A stretch of DNA of 64,000 nt from Macrostomum lignano (Eukaryota): NCBI GenBank assembly GCA_002269645.1, contig NIVC01003808.1, positions 1 through 64,000 on the forward strand, given 5' to 3'. The notes below the pieces were generated by a model. That model made no database searches. It was given only the letters and a program-made list of their open reading frames with translations, and was not told where the DNA came from. Position numbers and translations under genes: made by a program. Within the stretch, counting starts at the first letter, position 1, and each line of letters opens with the position of its first letter. Below are positions 37,293 through 48,900 of this stretch, one piece after another.

Positions 37293-38258
37293 GTGACAGC
37301 TGCTGCTGTTTGACTCTCGAGTTGCAGGTGAAAGTTTTAATAAATTGATTGACTTGGCACTGGGAGAGCAAAAGTTGCAGCATAAATGCAGCAGCAAGTA
37401 ATTCAATACAATTGTGAAAATATACAACCCTTTAGATTCAATTTAGCAGCTATAAGGAGGAAACTGTCAGAGTCAGATGCAGATAAACATTGATTTTAAG
37501 TATTTCTTTATTGCAGAATTTTCTACAGCTTCTATAATACTTTATGAAGATAGGAAATTTTAAAAAGCAATTTAGTGCTAAGTGATACCTGATTTTGAAG
37601 AGGCTTAGTGTGTATAGATTTCTATTAAATATACCTAGACTATTGTGATAATATCTTTAAGATTTGTGCCATTTAAATAAATGCCAATTCATCAAATTAA
37701 CACTATCAAAATTTTGGCTTTCTAAAAAATTAGGCTGCAACAAAAGTTTTGAGCATTTTTGAGCATTTTGAGCACCCTATCCATAGCCCATAGTCCAGAT
37801 CATGGCAGGCGTAGGCTGGAATGAAAATTCATGTTTTTTAAATTTTATGCTGACATAAAATAAAAAATTTTTCACACCAAGACTAAAATTGTTTATATGC
37901 CATTTTTTCAAAGCATATATATTTTTAGGAATTCAAAACTTTTATTTAACTTTAAAATGGCTGTTTTTTGCTAAAAACTGAATATTGTTTGTTTTAATTT
38001 GGCCTTTCTTATAATTTTACGTTATTATTTTCAATTTTAGTTTGCAATTATTTTTAAAGAGCTTTCAATGTTGGTTGATATTTAACTACACAATTACACT
38101 AGCCTTGAACTTGGCTATTTTTGTATGCCGACTGTGTACACTTCATGTCAAACCTGAAAATTCTATATGCCAAGTGTATGCCAAGATTGTCAGCGAGACC
38201 AAAAATATGCCGGAAAATTCTGGCGAAAAGGCCACCTTCGAATGAGTATAACTTTGGC

Positions 38259-39245
38259 TGTCAACTTTTCTATCAACTATTCCATTAACTTTCTGTCAAC
38301 TATTCCATTAAATTTTCCATCAACTTTTCTGTCAACTATTTCATGAACAATTATGCAAGTCTGTTAACTAGATTCCATCAAATTTTCTGTGTACTCTGAA
38401 TGGAAAGTGATATTTTTCTGTATAAGTGCAGACTTTTCCTTTGCAATTTTTTATGCATGCTTAAATTGGTTGAGTATTTATGTATATGTATAAATTATAA
38501 ATAAATAACACACATGCAATTTTTTTTTCGTGTGACATACATGTTCCAGAATTTAAATGGTATTGCTGCACTATTTGCACTATATCTGCACTTGTTTTAT
38601 CGATTCATCTTTGGTAACTAGGGTAAATGGAAAAGATGCACATTTTTACTAATGTAGGCTTGTTTTTTCATTGATATATAAGCATACAAACAGTCAATAA
38701 ATGAGCAAAGAGCTACTCGCATGATGATCCTATTTGACAAAGTCACATGTTTTTCCAAACATTAAATTGCACTTTAATGAATGCATTTAAAGTGCAACAC
38801 TATACTTTTTTTAATTAAATACATAGGTTGCTAGAATTTTGCCCATCCCCTAAAAAAATATTGAAAGAGTTCTAATCAAATTATTTTTGCTTAATTGAAG
38901 TACAATAAACATGTCCTGCTAACAGTTAACTACATATGCTCACACAAGGACTTCTAGATTTACTAGACCAACTAGTTAGTCTAGAAGTCCTTGTGCTTAC
39001 AATTTACAAATAAAAATAACATTAATGTTTGAGCTTGGATGTCATACAGAATTATTTCACAAAAGTTGATAGATAAAGTTGAAGGAAAAGTTGACAGAAA
39101 AGTTAACAGAGAAGTTTATAGAAAAGTTGATGGAAGAGCTGACAGAAAAGTTGACAGATAAAGTTGTGTACCCTACTTATAGGAAAAGTTGATGGAAAAG
39201 TTAACAGAAAAGTTAATGGAAAAGCTGAAAGAAAAGTTGTTGGCC
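38259..39245. repeat. Oppositely oriented arrays of a ~12-13 bp motif (TGTCAACTTTTC at 38259-38345 and GAAAAGTTGACA at 39060-39245); foldback-like relic
   Basis: The motif arrays are reverse complements of each other; no clear termini or TSD. Confidence 0.5.
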
Positions 39246-42200
39246 AAAGTTATATTTGTACCTTCCTGACTATGTCCCATACCACAGGGCCTAGTCCAGA
39301 TCATGCTGGGTGCATGCCTGAACAAAAATTGAATAATTACAAATGCACACCAGAAAAAAATGTAGTGCATGCCCATTCTAAAAAATATGCCAGTGTTGCA
39401 ACAATAAATGACCTTTTTTACGTTGTGACAATAAAATACTTTTTTTTTAAATTAGGCCTACATAATAGACCCCTATTACTCTATTACCAAATAATTTGGT
39501 TGCTTTTTATGCTTTTTTGGCAATACTATTTATAGCAGAAAATTTAAACACTCAAAGATTTGTTTAAATACCCTTTTAAGAGCTTGAAAAAACTGGAAAG
39601 CTTGAAATTTGCACTTAAAAATGAATTTTTTTATCTTTTTTCTACTTCACAATAACTTTTACACGTGATTCTATAAAGTTCACACTAGGTATGCACGCAC
39701 ACTATCTTCTCAGGAATGATGCACATTGCACGCCAACTGTGCACGCCTAATTTTGGCATGTAAGGCCAATGCACACCCAAATTTTTGGGCATATACTACA
39801 TGATCCAGAGTGTGGGTCCCATCCCATAGCCATAGGCATAGGGTCTTACTTTTAGGGATATAGACTAGAAAAAACTTTTTAAAATATATTTAGATATTAG
39901 TATATAATAAATTCTTGTCTTAAAAATTTTTAAAACTACAAAAACTTTTAAGTTTATACCAACAAAAAACCCAATGTAGGCTTTATATTTGACAAGTCAT
40001 ACCTCATAGGACCCCCACCCCACTAAAGTCCCTATGCCAGGTAACAAAAATCATGACATGATGCCAATTGATGGTTATGCTGATGCCTATGAGGACTAAA
40101 AAGTGGTTTGGCAAAAAATTAAAGATTCAGACCTAAAGATTTTAAAGACCTAGGCCTAGTCAAAGCAAAGAAACTAGTATAGGTCTAGTTCAATTTAATG
40201 CACTGGATATCTATGTAATTAAAAGGAAGTTGTTTGATTGGCGATTACACTAGGCCTACTGACTAGGTTAGCCTAACATGTTAGACGAAGTGTTTAACTT
40301 CGTTGAAAAATGAAACTCTCCATAACTAGAGGGAGATACGTGCTATAAAGTTTTTATTATTGAATGACAATCGCCAAGAAGAAAGTGAAAGATTGTGCTA
40401 AGTTAGGTTGTTAAGGCAGTCAAATATTAACAGAGTTTAATATTTATACCGCTGTTTTTCTTGGAATTCCGAACCGATTCTGGTTCTGGAATTGGTAATG
40501 TGAAAAGGCCCATTGAGAGATTCCCCGCGCTCTTTAACCTGGCGAAAATGATGTTTTTAAGTTCCTTCATGATGACTCACTCGTTATTTCACGATGTTTT
40601 TTTATAATATATTATAAATGCACTTTTCATTACAATTTTGCTCTTCAAAAGTCTATGCTCTTACCTTTTAGTATTGCAATGGCCGCCCTAACTTTATAAC
40701 TTAAGAGGAATCAATCTTCATTCGTCCAAATAAACTGCATACCAGTTTAATATAGTATTCGTTTCTTCTTGAAGCCAAAATCTTATTTAGAGCCTACGTT
40801 ATATTTTAATTGCAGATACATAAAGACTAAAGATTATGTATATTTATGTTATTTTCTAGTAATCGTGCATACATGTTTATTGGCCAATCGTCCTAAAGAG
40901 CCTAAAAATAACTATAAAAATTAGGTTACTTACTTTCTTATGTATTTATAATTTATCATTTTGCAAGAGCTGCACCTGATATTAAAAAACGTATTCATTC
41001 ACGCATTTGCATGTAGCTACTCCAAAAAAAGCACATTCTGACAATTGCATTCGGAAAGATTCGCGTATACCGAAACCTATACATTTAAAGTATAAGTATA
41101 GGCTGAAGCCTATAGTGTCGTATACAACCAAAGTATAAGTTCTAGTTAAACACATAGGTTGTAATAAAAATTTCAAGGTAGAACAGTTGAAAAATACTGA
41201 AACATTTTTGAGATAAAACGATTAATTTTTTAAGAAGTTATATTAGTTTGTTTAAACTGAATAAGAAAGTTTAAAATACCAACTGATTTCCTGGAATGTT
41301 CAGCCCGCGCTGGGAACGGTCGAACGAAGTGTCAGTGTCAGCAAATGCTGAAAATGCTGATTGCATCGGCAGCACTTTTGCACTTTAGCTACCTAAGGAT
41401 TATTGATACTTGAAAATGAATTGATAAAAGAATTTACTAATTTAAGAAATGTATATTGTTTTATACATTTAGTTTAAAATGTATTAAATTGCTTCTTACA
41501 ATTTTATTTCTAATAGAAATTTTCTATGCTATGTCACGTATCTGACTGATGTTCCGATGGAATGGTATCAATAAAACATTGTCATTAATTGGCCTGGTTG
41601 GCTCTCTTATATTACCTCATCTTAGATCCTATCTTATTTCACTTAAAACTAAAAGCGCTATACTTGTCAAACTATTTCCAATTGCCAATTAGAATTAGAT
41701 TGATTTAAAAATGCAATATAATAGAAATCAGGTAAAGTAGCTTGCTTGGCAAATAAAATAAAAAAAAATCCAAAAATCAACATGTGGTTTTTTCACACAC
41801 CAAGGTGCATTGTCAGGTATATTGTTTGAGACAAAAGGTGTGAGTAAGCAAATTTATAAATTATTTGTCAATGAAACGTATGTTAGTATGTAGCTGGTGA
41901 GTAAGTATTTTGTTTATTATAGCTTTGTATTTTGTTTCATAGCTGGTGAGTCACCCACCCTTAATACGCAACTCCAACACAGTGGTTCAGGCCATGTTTT
42001 TCGATTCCAGGTATTCTTAGTAAGAGAGCATTGACCTTGTTGTAACCACTGCTCACTCAATTATATTTTGTTTTCTACCTATTGGACATAGTCAGGAAGG
42101 TGTCCAGTGTATGCAAGAACTAATTCTGGGCAAAATTTAGCCTGTACGCCAATGTACGCCAATTTTTTTAGCTTCATTTCGAACATTACGCTGTACACTG

Positions 42201-42731
42201 AAGTCCTTTTTCCGTATTTGAAATTGGATTTTACGAAAGAATGGACTACTTTATTGCATGCAACAATTTAAAAAAGTTGAAAACAGAAACAAATAAAACA
42301 ATTCTTTTTTCACAAAAGTGCAAAATAACAATCTTTAGAAATAGTTTTCCATTATCTGCTTACTTTTTATTATTCTTTAATTTTTTCAATGGCCATAAAT
42401 CAACAAAGACATATGATACAATGCAAATAAGATTGAATATGATTTGTAAAAAAGGTCACTGTGCAATTGCTTACGTATATGGACAGTGATTATGATGCCG
42501 CCAGTAAAATTGGTACACTGATTTTGTCGTTCTGTTGTGTGTATACGCAGATACGCAAGTTTTCTAAAGATCTATATGCTGAAACTGATTCTAACGGCCA
42601 AGTGTATGCGGGATTATTCCTGCGTACGGACACCTTCCTGACTATGGCCTATTGGTCTTTGCCTTGCCTTGCCCTATGGACTATTAACCTCCTATTACTC
42701 TGTACATACAAAATACTTACTCACTAGCTAC

Positions 42732-43475
42732 TGTGACAGGCCTTTTGGCTCTGTCTTTCTAAACTTCTAACTATTAGTGTTTATTAAATATCCTACGAGC
42801 TGCCACCAAAGTTGTTACAGGCCTTTCACCTCTTACTTTATCAATTTTAATCCCACCGATTTGCCAACTACAGTTATCCTGATTATACTTGCTTTTACTC
42901 CCTAACTATTTCTTAGAATTTCATTTAAATATTTCTGGGTAGCGTTCTTAGTAGCGTTTCTGGTAGCTTATGGCTTGCTTTCTGGTAGCGTTCTAGTAGC
43001 TTATGGCCTGAGCGGTCTAGTACTGGTATATGTATTAGTGTATAGTCCTAATCGGGCGTTCACCGAGACTAGAGGGTCACGGCGCCTCTCTTGGTATATC
43101 TCCAAGAATTAGTCCCAATTCCCTTCTCTTAGCAAATTTCTTAGAATCGTTTCACAGGTTTTGCAAATAAATAAGTCGCTATTTAGCTCAAAGACTTTGA
43201 AATGGTTTAGATTGAACTGCTTATTCTGTTCGCAATTATTTGCTCACGAGTAAAAGACAGTTAGAGTATATTTGTCGCGAAACCGCTCCTATATATAGTG
43301 ATTTCCCCCACATACGATTAAAACAAAAAAATAATTCTCCAATTTATTTCACGCATTAAAACAAACTATTATTTGGCGTTCGCGTAGATTCAGTTTCTAA
43401 GAAAGATTCAAATATACAGTTATTACATTGAAAGAACATTTGAGTATACTATGATAAAGGCATAGCACTAGTACA
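42732..43475 (-). repeat. 3' LTR (744 bp)
   Basis: Near-identical to 49581-50324; preceded on the minus strand by the PPT AGAGGAGGAAAGT (43488-43476). Confidence 0.95.
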
Positions 43476-43761
43476 ACTTTCCTCCTCTATATATCAAATT
43501 TTGAACGAAATACTATATTATATGTATACAGTGAAAAATTGATATCGTAGGAAAATGTAGGTGAAAAGGTGCAAAGCAAGGTGCAGAAAACACAATTCAG
43601 TGCTAAAACAATTGGTGCATAAAATGGTTGTGATAGAACTATTATGTAGGTAAACCATTAAAGTGAGAACTATTATGGAAGCAAAACGAACTATTATAAA
43701 AGTATTATAAAAGGCAAAATTGTTATTAAAGGCAACGCAAAAGTTAGTTCACCTCAATAGT

Positions 43762-46700
43762 TCAGATAAACATGCAGGGCTCCGGGAGGTCGCGATAGTA
43801 GGGCCAGCCGACTTGAGCGAAAAACCATCGGTACTCTTCGTCGAGGACCGTCAGCGCTGGCGGCGGGTTGGCTCTTATAGCTCGCTGGAGGCGATAGGCG
43901 ACGTCCTGGAGAACAGCGACAGCTTCCTGGTAACTGAATTGATCCCTTAGAAACTTCAGGTGTGTCCAAATTTGCGAGCATTGGGGGTAGCGCTGTCGGC
44001 TGTCGGATAGGGGGCGACCCAGTCCCGGGCCCGGGCCCGAAAAGTCGGGAATCCCGACCAAAATCGTGGCCCGACCCGGGCCCGGGCCCGAACCTAAAAA
44101 AGTCGGGAAATCGGGACAAGTCTTTTTTCCCTAAAGGCACTAACCGCGTGCGAATAAGAAAAAATTATTTTTCAACACATTCACACTAATTTACCCTTAA
44201 TTCCAGCCCCAGGAAAATGCAACTGCAACTGCAAGGCATGACTGCATGAGGCATCTCTGTCTCTGGTCGGTCACTGACCTCACCTCGACCTCACCTGACC
44301 TGACTGTGAGCGGTCTGTGATTCTATGAAGCTGTCGGTCACTCACTGTCACTGGTGACTGGTGTCAGTCAAGCTCAAGCCTGTCTGCCCTGCCCCGGCTG
44401 TCCGTGAAGTTCGGTGATGTCTGGTGCTGCTCCCATCCCGATTCCCGATGTCCAGTCCAGGTCCAGGCTGCCAAGTCCGAGTGCCGATGCCGACTCCCGT
44501 TCCCGTTCCGTCACCGTCCTGAGTCTTGGACAGCTGGACTCCTGTCCTGAGTCCTGACTCCCACTCGAGCTTGAGTCAAGTAACCCACTCACTTAACTAA
44601 ACAGTCAGATTCGAATTTTCGAGTGTACATGTACGACAATAAAATTACATACTGTTCAAAATTGATGATACATATCATACAATATACATACAATATAGAT
44701 ATATGTATATATATATATATGTAATACTGATAGACTGATAGTGATATCATATCTGATACCGATTTATTGAAATTGACATCGTAAAAGATTACTGACTTCT
44801 GAGTTTTGACTTTTTCCTTTTTTATCACTTTCGTTTCGTCTGGACTCCTGGAGTGGAGAAGAGAAGTTGAGTGGAGGCCGAGGCCCGAGGGTGGACTGGA
44901 CTGGACTTTGAACTTTCTGGGCTCGTGGAGTGGAGTCGTGTCGTGTCTGAGGCGTGAGTCGTGACTTGTGACTGATTCGTGATTCGCGAGTTTTGTTTTG
45001 ACCGTGACGGTGACTCGTGATTGTGTAGTGACTCGTGAGTCGTGATCGTGACTCCGTAAGTGATGGACTACAGACGGAGTGCTAAAAATCACTGCTAGGC
45101 TAGTGCTATAAGTATCGAGTAATTATTACTGTCACTTTCGTTAGAATTATACAGTGTAGTGTAGTGTACTCTAATCAATAATCATTTCATCGTCATCCGT
45201 CATGTCAGGTCAGTGGTCAGGACTCAGGACTCAGGATCAGGACAGCACAACACTCAGTTAAGCATCGCATCAGTAATAGTAATAGATTTAGTATATTTAG
45301 ATGATATGATGTGAAGTAGCAATATCATTGATTCGTAGTAGGCTCTTAGCGTGAGCGTCTGTGACCGTGAGCGTCAGCCACAGCCAGTTTCCACTTTCCA
45401 GGAAGATCGGATTTTTTTCCAGGAAGATAAAATTAAAACATAGTTTTGCAATACTTTTTTGCAATATTGATTCCACTTTACACGCTGCAGGCTGCAGCCT
45501 AAAAGCAAAAATATGATTCTTTAAAAAGTTTATTTGTCATTTTTAAGCTTTTGTAAATAACATTTCCTATTTACATTCCAAGAAGGCTACCATTTTTCCA
45601 AGAAGTTTGCTATCTATTAGAGTTTGTAATCGTGTTCATATTTGTATCGTAGGTAGTCGTAGTCGTAGACTTGTAGTATCGTATTCGTAATCATATTCGT
45701 TTAAGTAGGTAGGTGAGCAGGTAGGCAGGTATCAGCTAATTACTTGTATTTCCATTGTCTGTTTGCCTGTTCTGTTGAGACAGTTGAGTGTTGTGTTGTG
45801 TTGTCACTTCACTTGTGTTCTGTTCTGTTATCTTGTCTTGTTGTCTTACTGAATACTGACTGTGTACATGGCTCTTTACATTGAAGCTATGTAAAGGATC
45901 TAAAAATTCAAATAAAAGAATCAATCAATTGATTTGGTTCTTACTTCCTTACTGCTTCCTATGCCAAGTGCCTTATACTTAATGCTTCAGCTTTTCTTCT
46001 TTTGCTTACTGCCACTGCCAGTGCCAGCCGCACTGCCGCAGTGACTGCTTGCCTACCTCACTGCTTGTTAGTATCACTGTCACTGGCACACACACAGTAC
46101 TTGTGCCACACACTCACACAGTGACATTGAATTTGAACTATTGAGTATATTGATATTTGAGTATTAAGTCTTTTAATGTAACTCTTATCTTATTCTGAAG
46201 TCTTAACTAATGTATTAAATAATAATAATATTTATTGTATATTTATTATATTTAAATTTAAATATTTATTATATTTAATATAATATATTATATTTATTAT
46301 ATTTATATATTATTATATATTTAATATATTTATATATTATAATATATTTAATGTTTATCATATATTTATTATACCTTTAATATATTATATTAAATTTAAT
46401 ATATTGATATATTTATTATATATTTAATAGTAATCCGCATATGCTAAAAGTATTAAGATTTATTATGATTTTTTTCCAATTATTGAGCTGTCCTAAAGAT
46501 CTTGTCCCGAATTCCCGAGGCCCGACCCGGGCCCGAGTCCTCATTCCCGGGCCCGACTTTGGCCGTCCCGGTCGCCCCCTACTGTCGGATCGGTGGTACG
46601 CTACTTTCAGTGCGTATTGCTCAATGTGGAAGCGTAGCTTTTCCACCTCTGCTCCGCGAGTCTCCACAAGTTCTCGGACGATGCGATGAAAATCTCTCTG

Positions 46701-47218
46701 CGAATTCGATTGCTGCTGGCTCGGCTGTAGTGCTGATGGCTGGCTAGACTGCTGCGCTGATTGCAGGCTCGGCTGCAACGCTGACTGCTGCGCTGATTGC
46801 AGGCTCGGCTGCGACGCTGGCTGCTGAGCTGGCGGTGTCGCAGCTGTCGATTTCTTCTGCCGTGGTGCCGGGGTCTTTCTCGATGATGGGGCAGCTGGCG
46901 GTGACACCAACTGCTGCGTTCGGCTTGATGTCGACGATCCTGGCGTGGCCTTGACAACATAGGAGCGCACGGGCGCAGCTGCCTGTGCTGCCACCAGGGC
47001 GGCGCGCTTCTGCTCGGGCCTTCGACCCTCATTTGGCGGCAAGGCGATGAAGCTGGCGATGATGTTCTTGGCCGTTTGCTGGATACACCAGGCGCCTTTG
47101 GACGTGTTGCACATCGAAGCGGTGCCTCATTTTCGTCGGTGTTGGGCGCTGGCTGGGGCTCCATATCGTCTGACAGATTGCCAATTAACTCGTCCAAGAT
47201 ATCAATAGAGTTGTTCAT
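43762..47218 (-). pseudogene. Accessory ORF of the LTR element, unknown function, split by the hAT insertion and probably frameshifted near 47000
   Basis: Removing 44008-46581 plus one TSD joins ...ALKVAYHRSD|SRQRYPQCSQIW...PEPCMFI* in frame, giving 256 aa from ATG 47114. An upstream ATG at 47218 (CAAAATG) starts in another frame. Confidence 0.7.
44008..46581. mobile_element. Non-autonomous hAT-like DNA transposon, 2574 bp
   Basis: Perfect 12-bp TIRs TAGGGGGCGACC (44008-44019 and 46570-46581), perfect 8-bp TSD CTGTCGGA (44000-44007 and 46582-46589), subterminal CCCGGG/TCGGG motif clusters at both ends; no transposase ORF. Confidence 0.92.
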
Positions 47219-47301
47219 TTTGATTTCTCTGCGAATGGCTCTTAGAATAGAAAGGAAGCTAGCAGTGAGCTATGGGATCTGTGGGGCCTGCAGGGTGCTC
47301 G

Positions 47302-47369
47302 TATTTATAGGCTGGCGGGCCGAAAAACTGGACCTCTTCGAAGCACTCCCCTCGCGCGTGGGGCGGGGC
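47302..47369 (-). promoter_or_regulatory. Candidate internal Pol II promoter: TATAAATA (47309-47302) and GC box GGGGCGGGGC (47360-47369)
   Basis: The TATA box lies about 85 nt upstream of ATG 47218 and the GC box about 50 nt further upstream. Confidence 0.5.
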
Positions 47370-47619
47370 ATGCCAGATTTGACAGATTTGACAACTAAAT
47401 TTTTATGGATTTTCTATTTCTTTTTATAACTTTTTTTATTTTTTGATAGATTTTCTTGAGTAAAGTATCAAATTAAAGATCGCATTTTGTAGATTAATAT
47501 GGTATTTACAGATTCGCTCTATGTACAGCATGTCAAATTTTATAAGCAGATAAGTAATTTTAATACGGAATTTTAACTATTTAACACTGTTTCTTATGGG
47601 AAATTGCTTACGTCATGAT

Positions 47620-48260
47620 TTAAGGTGCTAAATATTTCGCGTAGCGCCTTCGGGGCACAAATCCTGTCGCGCCTTCTCTTTCTCTCCTTCGCTGAGTCAT
47701 CCTAAAGTTATACCTATTCTCTGGCTGAACTCGTTCCTCCTCTAACTCTAATGCTCCTTCTTCTTCTTCTGATGGCTCATCTGAGTCAGTCGCTCTCTCT
47801 GTATTCTCACTGTTCAATTCTTCATTTCCTTCGTTTTCACTCTGCGAATTCGGATCTGCGAATACTCTCCATTGAATTCTGTTTTCTTCGTCTGAGCTTT
47901 CCTCCTCTAAAATTTGAACTTCTGGAATTCTAACTTCTTTTTGTCTATGGCAAATTCTTTTCTTCGGCTTCGGCTGTTCCTTCTTCTTAGTTGACACTAT
48001 TGCTGGTTCTAAATTATCATTATTAATTTCTTCTGGTAAATCAATTTCGGATTTCGGCACTGGAGTCAGATTATTACTGTTTTTCTTCGAACAATTTTGC
48101 AAATTCTCACAGCTTCTCTTCGAAATCTCATCTTCATTTTATCTCATCTCAACTCAACAACTTCTCGACTCAATATCTCAACTCGACCCTGACCTCTCGA
48201 AAGCTTCTCTGCTGAACTCATGCCAGCTACAGCTCTACTGTCACGGGTCCTACAACTCTT
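47620..48260 (-). pseudogene. Possible remnant of integrase C-terminal tail
   Basis: Acidic disordered ORF ending ...ENRYNFR... and an upstream RVVGPVTVEL fragment with stops, reminiscent of the GPY/F region. This is inference only. Confidence 0.35.
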
Positions 48261-48900
48261 AACAAATTCTCAAATCTCGAATCTCCTTCCGCTATCTCAG
48301 TTTGGCCTCGTCAGTAGAATCATAGAAATTCTGTATTAATCTGCTCTTTAGGCCTTACTGCCCTTCCTTTCCTGCATGGCCTGACTCTCTGAACCTTTTT
48401 TGGCTCTTCTGAAAGCGTCATCGGCCTCTTCTTTCTGCCTTTGGCCAATCCGCAATTGGTCAGCATGCGTAGCTGTCCGCGCGTCATGCCAATCTCTGCA
48501 ATCCAATCTTTTCGACAATTCTCTTCGCACAATTCTGCACAGTTCTCTCAGCATCAACTTCTCGTCAACTTCTCTGAGTAAAATAATCTTCCTTCAATGT
48601 TTTCAGTCCGAAATTGCAGTTCCCTGGCTTTCCTAAATAAGTTTTTTAGTAAAACGGCCCTTTTAAGGTCAAACGGCCCTTTTAAGGGTCACCTTCCTAA
48701 AATTTAATTATTTTATTTCTTTTAGACAGCTTATTGCCTTGCAACATGCCAACAAAATACCTCTTAATCAAATGTTTTTGGGTTTTTCTGAATTTTTTAT
48801 TCGTTTTTATATTTATGCATATATATTTGAAACATATTTACAGATTTGCTTTACAGACACTTTTAATTTGCTGATTCGCTTGAGTTCGCTCACTTTCTGA

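Noticed and set aside
40495-40570. IERFPALFNLAKMMFL, vaguely like a hAT transposase dimerisation region
   Set aside because: Too short, lacks the SxxxERxFS motif and has no flanking frame.
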